From NCBI GenBank assembly GCA_015680685.1, contig MNCI01001077.1, positions 439,627 to 503,626 on the forward strand: 64,000 bases of DNA, written 5' to 3'. Both the position numbers and the translations under genes were made by a program. The notes beneath the pieces are model-generated. The model saw only the letters and a program-made list of their open reading frames with translations. It had not been told where the DNA came from and did not search any database. This stretch comes from Gnetum montanum (lineage: Eukaryota; Plantae; Gnetophyta). Below, in pieces: positions 24,751-38,248 of this stretch (the first letter of the stretch is position 1; each line of letters starts with the position of its first letter).

Positions 24751-27411
24751 TCAGATGTAGTATGGCTTGAGGTATGAGTGATTCACCGGATTGCTGAACT
24801 CGTTGTCATCCATATTCACCAGCTTGAAGGATCCATTCCTGAAGGCTTTAGTAACCATGTAAGGGCCTTCCCAGTTGGCTGATAACTTTCTCACATGCTC
24901 ACAAATAGCCTTGAGGATGAGGTCTCCATTCTATATTGGCTGTTGATGCAGGTCTACATGGTGCTTTTTCTGCTACTTGCTCTGATAGTGCTCTATGCAT
25001 CTTAGCATCTACAGGCGTTCCTCCTCTATAGAATCAAGGTCAATGATTTGCAACCTGTTGTTTTGTGCTTCACTCATGACATCCGTGAGGATCATCTGGA
25101 GTGATGATACCTGCAACTCAAGAGACAATATAGCTTCAGATCTGTAAACAAGGTTGTAAGGAGTCTTACTTATCATGGTTTTTCATGTCATTCTATAGGC
25201 CCATAGAATGTACAGGATTTGTTCGTGCCACTACCTCTTGCTATTTCCAAGAATTTGCTTCAGCATGTTGATGATGGACTTATTTGTAGCCTCCACCTAC
25301 CCATTCTCCTATTGATAGTATGAGGAGAAGAATGATTGCTTAATGCCAAGATTACTACAGAAGGTTTAGATTTCCGTACTACTAAATTGTGGCCTACTGT
25401 CGGTTACAATTGTCATCAGGAGCCCAAACATCATCACGATGTTATCCAGAATGAAATGGTATATTTGCTAAGATGTCATCTTCCTTAGGGGAATGGCTTC
25501 CACCCACTTAGTAAAATACTTAGTGGTAGTGATAATGTAGCTATGACTTGCGGAGGACATAGGTGTGATAGGTCCTATGAGATCTAGTCCCCATTGTTGG
25601 AAAGGCCATGTGATTTGTGTTGGGTGCAGGTTTGTAGGTGAGATGCATATGAGATTTGCGTATCTTTGGCACTTGTCAAAAATATTAACTTTCAAGAGGC
25701 ATCCATGCTCCATGTGGGGCCAATAGTACTCTAGGCATATGATTTTTGCAACCATAGCCCTAGGTGCTATGTGTTGGCTGTACAGACCTTCATGCACTTC
25801 ATTGACTACCTTCCAGGCCTACTCCCCACCCACGAATGCTAGAAATATCCCATCATAAAAACATCAATATAGGGCATAATTTCCCATGAGCGTATATTGT
25901 TGGGCTTGCTTTTGGATCGCATCTCTCTGAGTAGATGTCAGTCCACTTGGGGGCTCGCCCTGTTGTAGGTAGGCTTTAATGTTGGCGTACCTTTCCTGGG
26001 TATCCATAGCACTAATAGAGGCCACTTATCCTACTTGAGTTATAGGCACATTGAATTTGACAATCGAGGTTGGTAAACATGTAAACGAGTGTGGTGGAAT
26101 GTTTAATGTGAAGATAAGGAATTTGCCATGATGTTGTACATCTGTGGTTGAAAATTGCTTGAGCATGCTTTTTTCTAGGTCGTAGTAGGGTTGCAGGTCT
26201 ATAGCTTTGTAGGTGTAGATCTCGGTGATTTGATTCATAACCAACTGTGAATCACTGCAGATTGCCTAGTGTTGAATGTGTAGTATTTGGGAAGCTGAGA
26301 GGCCTCTGAGTAGTCCCTTATATTCTGCCACATTGTTGGTGCAAGGGAATGTAAAATGATAGGAAAATGGATGTATTTCCCTAGAGGGTAATGTAATGAC
26401 GGCAGCTGCACTACCTCCTCATGCGGTTGAAGTGCTGTCAAAGTGTAAGGTAGCTTCTAGGTATGAAGGGATGACGTTGATAGTGCCAACATGTTCATCT
26501 AGGAATTTGGGATCTATGATTGTGTGGTCGTTGATGGGTGAGGCCGTAAGGTACGTTGCTATGGCTTGACCCTTAGTCAATGATTGGCTTACATAGTGTA
26601 GGTCGAACTCTGTGGTTATCACTTCCCATCAGGCTATCCTGCTACTTTCATACATGTTGTTAGTGATAGCCTGGAGTATGTTGCTTTTTCAAATGATGTT
26701 GACTGCACTACGGAATAGATAGTGCCTCCACTACTTTAGTGCAAACACCAAGGCAAGGAAATTCCTCTCCACTTTGTTGTATCTTTCCTCATGTGCTATT
26801 AGTGCATGACTTAGGTAATACACTGGTATCTCAGATCTGTCATTTCATTTTTGACATACCAATGTCACGATAGATGTGTTAGAGGTGGCAAGGAATATAA
26901 TGAAAGACTTGTCCCTTTATGGTGAATGCATAGTAGGGAGGTGTGAGAGCTCTTCCTTCAAGTTATCAAAGGCTTACTGAGACTGGGTTATCTAGTCAAA
27001 GTCAACCTCTTTCTTTAGAAGATGTTGCATGGGGTGTAACTTGTTGGTCAACCTTGCTATGAACCTTTGAATGAATTGTACTCTACCTTGCAAGCCACAT
27101 AACTCCTTGAGGTTGGTAGGTGTTGCTAGGTTGATGATGGCCTTGAATTTGTCTGGGTCCACCCTTATTCTAGCCTCCAATATCACAAATGATAACATGT
27201 GTCTAGTTCTAACACTGAAGACACACTTCTTAGGGTTAAGACGCAAATTGTGCATTTGACAGCACTTGAGGACTATCCCTAGATCACATGGATGATTAGC
27301 TGCCTCTTTAGACTTGACTGCTATATCTTCCACATAGTCATTTAGTGTTTCTAGGATGTAGTCGCTAAAGATGTAAGTCATGGCTTGCTGGTAGCTTGCT
27401 CCAGTGTTCTT
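24751..27411 (-). pseudogene. pol: pol of element C, 3' part (RT C-terminal half, RH, aRH, INT)
   Basis: LKNTGASYQQAM, YVEDI, LNPKKCVF; WPFQQWGLDLIGP, KWVEAIPL; NWEGPY; ends YLKPYYI*; no chromodomain. Confidence 0.92.
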
Positions 27412-27416
27412 GAGCT

Positions 27417-29075
27417 TGAAACACCCTAAAAGAAAAATGTGAGGTCATCTTGGCTTCAATAGGCTCTCGCAGTCCACACAGCACCATGGAAGTCCATCGG
27501 GAAAAGAACGTTTCAAGTCCAAGATGGCCAGTTCGGTAAATTTTCTACTTTCGGCATGGACGGGTTCCACACCAACCCATCCACCTACCAAAGTAGTCTG
27601 AATAGTTGGAAGCCTATTCAAAAACGGTGTCCAAAATCAGCGACAATATCCTAGGTGCACAAGAGGAGCAGTTTGGAAAGTTTTCTAAGTTACAAAGCCT
27701 GCTACGCTACAATGTGTAGCGTAGCAAGCCTCAGAAAATAATGGCAGAATGAGATGTTCTGCTACGCAATGACATATGGCGTAACATGGAAAAAACCTCA
27801 CTACTCACCTCCCTCGCCTAATCTTGAGTTCTTTAATGATGCCTCTTTGCTCCAGGAAGCAGCGGACCATGTCTGCTACTATGCTATGCTGAGTTGCATG
27901 GCGCAGCAAGGTGTAGCAATTCTGTAGAAAGGGACAGAAGGAGGTTCGAAAGGCAAAATCAGCAATCAGCAAAACTATCGTGATCGAGGCCAGTCGCAAT
28001 GCTACATAGCGTAGCATCATGTAGCAAGTATGTGACGTACGAAAGGACACGTGACAAGACGCTATTCCATGATAAGCAAGCCACATCACAAAACACATCG
28101 TGACATGCAGCTGGCCATGTAACATCAATGCACTCTACCTCAATTGGATCATTGGCACATGCCTGTAGGAGCTAATGGGGTAGTTGCGATGTAGTAGGGT
28201 CGTAGTTATTGCTCACATAACAATGGTCTTGCAAGCTCAACGGTTACAAATGGCTCGAGTAATGTCAGTAAGGTGGTGCAAGTCTGCAACACGTAGTATT
28301 CAAATGGTCACCTTTGCTTACCTTTAGCCCTATAAATAGCCTGTCAAACATCACAAAAAGAGGTCCACAAAAAAAAAAAGGGAAATATCCTTTGCTAAAA
28401 CAAAAAAGAAAAGAAAAAGATACCTGCAATCTCACAAAAAAAAATGGAAATGAAAGGAGAGGCCAGCAATCTGTAAAAGGAACCTCTCTCATCTGGCATA
28501 AAGCCTGGGTCCTCATTCTACCACCTTGGTACAATCCCACCTACATTGTATATATGTGAAGTCTATGCCCAAGTGCATAGCTATTCCTATTTCTTGGCAT
28601 GCTTCGGTCACCCTTGGAACTTCTGCACTCCATCATGACGTGCAACCAATTGTATCCCCCTTGACCGGATAGATTTGTAGTTCTGAAGTGGTGCATGTTC
28701 CTAACTGTATCTTATGTTACCTCTTATTCACTATCTAGCTTCCTTGTGTTATTGTCTATTTTTTTTACCTTCAAGCATCGTCTCATATCATTGCTGCACT
28801 TACGTTTATTCACTATTTCACATTGTTGTTGCATTTTCTTAGTTACTTTATTTTCCCGTTGTATCTACCCATAAGCACCATCCCACAACTTGTATAGTTT
28901 ATATTGCAAAAGGCCATATTTATGCCAATGTAAGTTCCTATCTGATCGACCAGACTATTCAGGGCACCCCGTGTTCGCACACACCCAGCACCACCCTCCT
29001 ACGGGCATGGGGTTGGGACTGTTGTGTCCGTCGAGCTTGGCGTTCTTCGAGCCACCGATGGTTTCGGTCACTACA
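27417..29075 (+). repeat. 5' LTR of B (~1.66 kb)
   Basis: TGAAACACCC...cactaCA; TATA at ~28331; aligns with 51930-53628. Confidence 0.93.
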
Positions 29076-29081
29076 ATTTTT

Positions 29082-29098
29082 TGGTGCTATAAGGAGGG
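29082..29098 (+). promoter_or_regulatory. Degenerate tRNA-Asn PBS of B
   Basis: tggtgctataaggaggg versus TGGCGCTAGAAGGAGGG (2 mismatches), 6 nt after the LTR. Confidence 0.8.
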
Positions 29099-29194
29099 CC
29101 TTTTGGTGCCTTTTTCACATGTCATGGTAGTACTATGAGCCTTCTACACCCTGATACACATGAGCGTAGATACAAAACCCTCTTGCAGTTGTTT

Positions 29195-29700
29195 GCATTC
29201 TGTGCGACGTAGACGGGTCGCCTTGATAGTTCCTTCGGAGCCCTACAAAACACAAGGCCTCCGATCATTGGTTAACTAGCTCATTCTATGGTTTTCTTAC
29301 ATGTGTACTACACTCTGCCCCATGTGGTGTAGATCAGTCACCTAGACAATCCCTCCGGGACCCTGCGAGACATAAAGCTTGCCTGATTGCTAGTTAATTT
29401 ACACATCCTATGGTTATCTCACCTGCGTTTTGTATCTCATTCTGTGTGGTATAGACCAGTCGCCTTGACGGTCCCTCTGGGATCCTACAAGACACAAAAC
29501 TTACCTGGTCGCTAGTTAATTTTCTCATCTTATAGTATTCTCGTATGGCTTCCACACCCCGACTTGCATTGGCATAAACTTGACATCCTTTGTGGTTGTT
29601 TGCGCATCATGCGGTGTAGATTGGTTGCCTCGATGGTTCCTCTAGAATCCTATGAGACAATAAGCCTTTTGATGGTGCTTTAACTTGCTTCTTCTATAGT
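29195..29700 (+). repeat. About four ~120-bp diverged repeats in B's 5'UTR
   Basis: Unit ...gtagatcagtcgcc..ga..gt(t/c)cct..gga.cctac.agacac... at ~29201, 29323, 29443 and 29610; one homologous unit at 4410-4480. Confidence 0.75.
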
Positions 29701-29900
29701 AGTCTTGCATGCGCTAGGTAACTTAGCTAGCACAGAAGAAAACGTGACACCCTTTGAGGTTGTTTCCATCTAGCTAGCAAGACGAAAAGCCACCTATTGT
29801 CATTTTTTTTATCCTTCTATTCTTTCACATTTTCTAGCATTTTTACATAATCACTTGCTTAATGATAACTTCTACCATCACCACTATTTATATTTCCAGC

Positions 29901-32900
29901 ATGGTGGTGCCCTTCACAGCCCAAGGCACCACTAGTGTGGAACAACGGTTGAATCCAACACCAGAAACATGCCGGTCTCTTAGGATCCAAAATCGAGAAC
30001 CTGACGGCCTAGCCTAGCAACATGAGCATTACAATTTCCTTTGCACAAAGGTGCAAGCTAACCTACCCTCAGATTTAGACGAACTTGAAGAAAAATGTAG
30101 CGTCAAGTTTGCTTACTACAATGGGGAGGAATTCGTTCCTAACCAGGGCATTTCCTTGCCTTTGACACAAGCAAATGAAAGGCTGCTAGATCAACTAATC
30201 CAGTTGACAAGGCTTAGGGAGCAACAAGACATAGTTTCCAACTAGGATGATTCCTTTCAAGATGGGCAGGAGGAACTCAACTCCCAATCTCAAAAGGGAG
30301 GCCTAGCCAACCCCATTCCTATCCCATCTACCCAATCCTTCTAGGCCAACCTGCTGTCTATCGCCACCCCCTTCGCCATCACACCTACACTTCAGTAGCC
30401 TATAACTACAACTATAGTGGGTAGCCATGCTATGTTCCCAGCACCTCATCAACCGTATTGTCCAATTTTACCCACAGCAACTGTGCCACCGCAAGCTATT
30501 TATCATCACACTACTGCAACACGCAACACACCTATCATGGCTACTCTACCACATGTCCACACTGTACCTACTCTACAACTACACCTCACTCCCATACCAA
30601 TTCCTACATATGTGACTATCCCACCCACTGTGATGGGCACAGGCCCATCCACGTGGTGGCCTCCGTTCGCTTCCTCGTCTGTTCTGCAACCGTCGTAGAT
30701 GTCTCATTACATTCGCCCTTTGGCCTACTCGGCCCCAAAAATGGCACAACTTGGCGCAGGGTCATGGGGTGTCCTGTCGATGACCCAAATTGCCTACTCA
30801 GTAGATCAACATACTATTACTGTGAATGATACCACCCACCAGATGGTGGACAATGCAAGAAACACCTTTAGCAGGGGCGACCCCAACGGCATAGCCGATG
30901 GGTCAAATCGCCACCGTTACCATGCCACCTATGGGGGTTGCCTCTGCAGTTCCTCAGCCGTGTACAACATCCTTGGGTCTGGACCAAGCATTTCAGCTTA
31001 TTTAGAACCTAACCAAGAAAGTAAAATGCCTCAAAGGTGTTAGGTTCGATATGGTATGATTCATGGACTTTTACCAAGATGACCCCGTCAACCGTGTAAT
31101 CCCTGCCTTAATATTACCACCTGGGATGTCCCTCTCACACTTCATGAAGTACAATGGAGAAGGAGATACAATACACATCTCATCACTTTTCGGTCAGAGT
31201 CTTTGTTGCTACAACAATGGCCGCATATGATCATTCACGTCTTCGCCATGTCCCTAGCTGGGAAAGCTCTAGATTGGTATCATGTGTTGTCACATTCATC
31301 CATTTCGACTTTGGAAGAACTCTTGATCCAGTTTGTGACATGCTTCAAGTATAACTTGAAGCTAGAAACCACATTGGATTAGCTGATGAATGTGAAGAAA
31401 GACCCACTAGAACCAGTCCAAAAATTCATTCAACGATGGAGCACAACCCTTAACGAAATCCATGAACCTATCATGGATGCTCATTTGTTAGTCGTATTTA
31501 AGGGTGCAGTGAATGACTTCATCAAGTGAAAACTATACTACCTTGCTCCACACTTAGTTAGTCAAGCTTTCTCTTAGATGAAAAGCATACAAGATGGAGC
31601 CAAGGCAAGTAAAGACCTAGCTTATGTCACTTACAGGAACAGTTTTGCAAAGAAGGACAAGGATAAGGCCCCAATGACCATGGTGGCTGCTGTGGTAGCT
31701 GAGGCTAAGCCCAAACACAGCAAGAGCGGAAAAAAGAATAATAAGAAACTGACCATACCTGCAGCCGACTCAAGGCCTAAGTCAAGCCAAGCATTACCAC
31801 CCATCGCGCCCACACCTGAGACATTTGCATACACTAAACCTAACTTCGAACGTAAAGATCATTCAAAATATACTCCACTGCCCCTCAAACCTTCAGAACT
31901 CCTGAAGCAACTATTGGCAGTAGAATACATTCAACACAAATGGATGTCAGAAGAAGCAAACATGAGGCATCGACGCTACTACGAGCTCCTTAGAAATTCC
32001 TCTTTACTCTTGCCCAACGAACCTCTAGTTCCTAAAGGTTTTAGGCTAGACAGGTTTTCTGACTACCATCAACTATGTGTTCATACCACAGATTATTGTC
32101 TATCGTTGCATGATGAAATTCAAAGATTGATTGACCTAGGGCATTTGGTGCTAGATGAAAGTAGCCTAGTACGTCCTGAAAACCAATCCATGTACATCTA
32201 TACCGACCCCTTCAATGCCAACAATGCTAGTTACATAAACAACGCCATCGGTATTGACAATGATCCCACACCACCCTTCCAACCATTTGTGATTCTCATG
32301 CCTGAGCACAGTGCGGCCATGCCATGATTAGCTGGTCCAAGTTTGTAGTCACCCTTCATCCTGAAAGTCCCACCACGAGCATCTACCTCTGCACCACCCA
32401 TTGGCAGGGCCATGCAACCCCATCTGCTCACACCTCTAGCTCCATTCATCATCAGGAGGCCAATGTCTTCGACAACCCCCATCCCATGTAACAACATTAA
32501 ACCTACCTAATGGACAAGGCATCGAAGAGGAATACTATCAAAAGAATTTTCAAAAGTACACCTTCGCCTTTTAAATTTACACCTTCATCACTAAGGACGA
32601 AGGTCGACGCAAGCACATAACCTGTGACATCCTGTTGTCAAAAATTTGAACCTAGGTCTGGAGCTATCTCCCCTCAGGAGATTCGTCTTCTAGGACGAAT
32701 CGAGGAGGAGGGTGTCAAACAGACAAGTGGCCAAGACTTCTTGAATTCCCTAACCTAGGTCGGGCAAACCCTAAGGCAAAAAAATACCACGTTAAGCCTA
32801 TACAACTTAGTCATACTCTCCGCTCCTCACCACAAGCCTTTGGTCTACATGTTAACAGCAATCCCGGTAGATGAAAACATGTCGGCAGATGAGAAAAAGA

Positions 32901-33600
32901 TCCACTCAATCATACTCCCCTCCATACCCATGGAGTCCGCACCTCCACTAACTTTTAGCAACAAAGCCCTTAAGGAAGATCTCGAAAAGGGTCAAGTGAC
33001 TACGGTGTGTCCCTTCATCACAATTCGGGTCGGTCAGTACCAAATCCGAAGCATACATGTTGATGATGGGGTAGCCAAAATCATCATATCTTTACCTATC
33101 ATAGAGAAATTAGGGTTGGTCAACCAGATCAAACCAACAGCAACGTCGTGCCTACAGTTCTTCAACAGGGCACATTTCCTGGTAAAAGGCATAATTCATG
33201 TAAACTTCATAGCATGGAATGAGCTTCGCATAGATGCAACATTCATCATAGTCGAAGAAATTCCTGGGTTTAACCTAATCTTGGGAAGATCATGGTTAGC
33301 ACAACTCAGGGCAGTCTCCTTGCCTATACACCAGGAAATCCACTTACCATATGACGGTAGAGAGGTGATAATCCACGGCGACAAGGTGGTAATGCAAAGG
33401 AATTAGTAACCTAAACACAAAGCAAGGTTCAGAGGTTACAATCTCTGAAGATGAAGTGCCTAGTCATGCATGCACCAATCATACAACTAAGGGATCAGCC
33501 CAACAAAGTGACCCTTAGATAGAAAACATCAAGGTGAAGTTGCCCTTTCAAGAGGAGAACAGTAACATGAGCGAGGGCCCTAGCAAAACACATTGACCTT
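29901..33600 (+). pseudogene. gag: gag-protease of B
   Basis: KYNGEGD, AGKALDWY; DYHQLCVHTTDYC..LHDEIQRLID; IHVDDGVAK...ILGRSW (32840-33406). Confidence 0.9.
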
Positions 33601-33744
33601 ACCTCTTTGTTAACGCACGAAAGGTCAGGAGATAGCTACATGTAGCATAGCAGCCTTGCAACCTTCCACCTAGTGGCCATCCTCACATATTCTCTTTCTA
33701 CTTAGCCCCCCAGGGTGTCGTCTTTTCGGCATAATATGCAAATG

Positions 33745-33935
33745 GTCCAAAATGGCCTAAAACTAACAGCTCGAAATGCCCTAAAACTAACAAACGGCCC
33801 GAAATGGCCTAAAACTAACAAACAACATAAAATGGCTAAAAACTAGCATTATCACCTTTGCTTTATTCATTATGCAAATAGCCCGAAATGGCCTAAAACT
33901 AACAAACAGCCCGAAATGGCCTAAAACTAGCATAC
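33745..33935 (+). repeat. Tandem ~22-27 bp repeats cccgaaatggcctaaaactaacaaac
   Basis: About 6 copies; reverse complement of the array at 59650-59860. Confidence 0.85.
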
Positions 33936-34073
33936 TAGAGTGCAAAAAATTCACATAACACACATGAAAACATGAAATTGGTTTCCTTTCTGAAGTCTTG
34001 CATTTTGGTCAAAATTTTTTTGCCTATTGGAAGTGTCTGTAAGTTCTTCCAAAAAAAAAAGAATAAGAGGGAA

Positions 34074-34108
<35 letters not shown>
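34074..34108 (+). repeat. Poly-G tract
   Basis: About 35 G at the 3' end of B's antisense gene. Confidence 0.8.
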
Positions 34109-34109
<1 letters not shown>

Positions 34110-37100
34110 CCACCCTCATGCTCTCACAAGCTATCCCTATTTGCATTGCCTTTACTATTTGTCTCTACCTCATCCACTCGCACATCATCTGCTCCCATAT
34201 TGCCCCTTGTCAACACCTGATTACTTTCCTCCATGGGCCTCACATCCTCATTAAGAGCCTATGCCCCAAAAGATAAAGTAGTTAGTAGGGGCAACAAATA
34301 CGATAAATGACAACTATAGCAAAGCATCAAAGCAACTAACTTGAGAGGAGCCTGCATCCGTCACAAGAGGTATCTAGTCTAGACCAAGCTTGAGATGATG
34401 CTCAATCTCCTCCATTGAAATATTCATCCAAGGCCTGTCATTAGGTTCAACATTTGTAGCGGCAACTTTCTCCCTTTCCAAAGTTGTCCATTTTAGAGGC
34501 TCCGGGGAAAGAGAGGTGGTGGCAGTCTCTCTTGTAGGAAGGGTCACTCCTAAATATGGATACTCTGTGACCTTCACCTACTCTTTAAATTTGGCATAAG
34601 CCTCAGAAGTGTCAATGGCCTTCACAAACATCTCATACGAAAATGCCTCCATAGTAGCATCTTTATACAACCTTCGATGGGTGTCGTTTTCTTGCTTTTA
34701 TGTATATTTGTGGTCCCTCTGGGCCTACCCCCATTCAAAGATCTTGGCACTTATGGGCTAGAAAATCCATCTGCATCTGTTGTTTGACTATTTCGTAGGT
34801 GGATTCTACATTTTGATGAACAACTATCCAAAATATGGCATGATCAGCCACAACCCTTTGCAACTCCGTAGGGTAGGGACTACGGTTCATGTGGAAATCG
34901 ATCCTCAACTTGAGGTTCTCCACCTCGGCAGCAAGTTCCATCTCTCTCTACTCACTCCTATGGGCCCGTTTCCACAATTCCTCGTTGGTACATCTACATT
35001 CCCATAGAAATCATGCTGAGTGCAAGATGCATTTGTAAGCCTTGTCAAATATACGATGAGACACTTTAATCACGTCAGACGAGAGTGTGGGCACTGTGCC
35101 AATCTCCATAGGTCGAGCTGGGTCCCACTTGAGTCGAGAGGCTATAGAATGTATAGCAATCACATTAACATAACATAAATCAATATGTTCAAGAGTTTTA
35201 GCGTAGCAGCATAGGGGCTATCAACACTCCTACTCACCCGCACGAGGATCTAGCTATTGAAGGCATTTGATCATGTCATCAACAAGCCCCTGAAAAAATG
35301 TAAACTTGTCAGGAATTTTAGCCCATGACTCCATCCGGGGCAGAGAAGGTCCTAAGACATCAACAGTAGCACCTGTTACAAAATTAAGCATGACAGCAAT
35401 AGTGGAAGTGGACTACAGTAGGGTACATTCAAAGCCTAAACTCACCATTATTTAGCTATTGTCTTGCTTCATGCTGGTGAAAGATAATCATGGTAGGTTC
35501 TGTAGAAGGGCTAGCCAAGTCCATAGGAACTCCTAGCTCAAGCGCTGGTGCTTTTCCTTTCAGGAGGGTAGCATATTTTTTATTTTGGGAAGACACCTCT
35601 TCGTTGGTAGGAANCCAGCTAGGAATACTGGAGCTCTTGTCTCCAGGGTAGGGGCTCTTGTCATTAGGGAGCCTCTTCCTACCAANNNNNNNNNNNNNNN
35701 NNNNNNNNNNNNNNNNNNNNNNNNNNNNNNNNNNNNNNNNNNNNNNNNNNNNNNNNNNNNNNNNNNNNNNNNNNNNNNNNNNNNNNNNNNNNNNNNNNNN
35801 NNNNNNNNNNNNNNNNNNNNNNNNNNNNNNNNNNNNNNNNNNNNNNNNNNNAGATTTTCATTTTAATACGGTTCTTGAATGACCAGACACATGAGTTTTG
35901 CGTGAATAACAAAAAGCAGAAATCTTCCCCATTCATTTGGTGTACAGTGTCATATGGTTCATTTGATAGGTCGTTCACACCTACCTATCTCTACAACAAC
36001 AACAAACATCATCAATAATAGTCCCAGGAGCCGTTCTCTTCCACACGTCTTATTCTGCTGCTGAAAATTGAAATGAAATTGGAGATGAAGATGATGGTGA
36101 TTTGGCCAGTGTTGCGTATGTGGATGGATCGTTGTGGATGGATCACTGCGTGCCGCATCATTCCTACTTCAAGGAAACGACGGCGGCATTTCTTGTTGGG
36201 AAGAAGAAAGCTGAAGAAGAAGAACAAAGGGCCAAACAGCAGCACCAACACCTGTATCAACGTCAAAACCAGTGAAGGAGGACTGCGCGCGCGGAAGATG
36301 CAGAGCAGCGGCACCAGCATGACACGCAGTCACGGTGGTCAGAACAGGGGGCCTCCGAAACAGCACTGAGAACAGAAAATACGGCCAAAAATAAAAATGA
36401 TGATGAAATGCCTGTAACAGAAAATGAAATGCCTGTAACAGAAAATGAAATGCCTACAACAGAAAACGGCCAAGACAAAGATGCAGAGAATAGGCGGAAA
36501 GAGCAGCAGTGGCAGAAGTAAGGAATGGGCAGAAAGAAGAAGGGTCTAGCCAAAAATGTTTCCAATCCGGCCACTAAACTTACGAATGCAAAAATGAAAG
36601 GATTTACATGTCACGGCCCTCACATTCTTAGCAGCTCTGAAACCCTCCACTGAAACCCTCGGCTGCAGCAAAACCTCTTCTCACGGTGGCAGTTCTTGGC
36701 CGTTATAGCCAAACAGAAAGACGACGAAACAGGAAGAGGTTTGGTAGTAGCCACAACCACAAAACAGGCCGTTTCTAAGCTAAACATTGGACATAAACGT
36801 GGATGTTGATATTGCCGATATTTCACTCGTTTTTACTTCTACCAAACCTTTTTAATCAAATTTAATTTGATTTTCGTTTTTGCTTTGTTTAAAAAAGAAG
36901 TAAAGGGTATATTGTCATTATTTCAAAAGGAAAGAGAAGTTATAAGGCAGTTATTCAATATTATATGGAACAAGTGTCCTTTACAATTTTTAAATATCAT
37001 GGTGGTGATAACTTCCCCTTGGTGGTTACAACTAAATTTCAATTTCCCATGGTACTTATAACCACCAAATAGGACACTTAGGAACCATAGCTTTTTTTAT

Positions 37101-38248
37101 AGTGGTAATTTTTTGTGAAAATTATAACTTCTTAGCCTTAATCCTATGATGTTTATAACTACCACCAAAGACACTTGTCAACTACAACCTCTTTTTCTCC
37201 AAAATGGGCCACTTGTCAATTAAAAAGGCCACTTGCCAACCACCAAGGACACGTGTCAGCTGCAACTTGTTTCTCTCCATGGTGACCACTTGGCAACTAA
37301 ATGAAGACACTTGGCAACCAAATGAAGACACTTGGCGACTGAATGAAGACACTTGGCAATTGAATAGGACACTTGTCCATTGTAGCTTTTTTGTCTCCAT
37401 GGTGGTNCGAGCATCATCATCACCCTTGGAAGATTTGTAAAGAAGATTGTTTGCAAGATGGCTTGCTAGAATAAAGATTTCAGCCTCTTTGTCATGGTCC
37501 TGTGAGTTATGCATTTCATTTTTNNNNNNNNNNNNNNNNNNNNNNNNNNNNNNNNNNNNNNNNNNNNNNNNNNNNNNNNNNNNNNNNNNNNNNNNNNNNN
37601 NNNNNNNNNNNNNNNNNNNNNNNNNNNNNNNNNNNNNNNNNNNNNNNNNNNNNNNNNNNNNNNNNNNNNNNNNNNNNNNNNNNNNNNNNNNNNNNNNNNN
37701 NNNNNNNNNNNNNNNNNNNNNNNNNNNNNNNNNNNNNNNNNNNNNNNNNNNNNNNNNNNNNNNNNNNNNNNNNNNNNNNNNNNNNNNNNNNNNNNNNNNN
37801 NNNNNNNNNNNNNNNNNNNNNNNNNNNNNNNNNNNNNNNNNNNNNNNNNNNNNNNNNNNNNNNNNNNNNNNNNNNNNNNNNNNNNNNNNNNNNNNNNNNN
37901 NNNNNNNNNNNNNNNNNNNNNNNNNNNNNNNNNNNNNNNNNNNNNNNNNNNNNNNNNNNNNNNNNNNNNNNNNNNNNNNNNNNNNNNNNNNNNNNNNNNN
38001 NNNNNNNNNNNNNNNNNNNNNNNNNNNNNNNNNNNNNNNNNNNNNNNNNNNNNNNNNNNNNNNNNNNNNNNNNNNNNNNNNNNNNNNNNNNNNNNNNNNN
38101 NNNNNNNNNNNNNNNNNNNNNNNNNNNNNNNNNNNNNNNNNNNNNNNNNNNNNNNNNNNNNNNNNNNNNNNNNNNNNNNNNNNNNNNNNNNNNNNNNNNN
38201 NNNNNNNNNNNNNNNNNNNNNNNNNNNNNNNNNNNNNNNNNNNNNNNN

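Noticed and set aside
37400-37415. Apparent deletion of the TATA region in F's 5' LTR
   Set aside because: The break coincides with a single N, so it is probably a scaffold join artefact.
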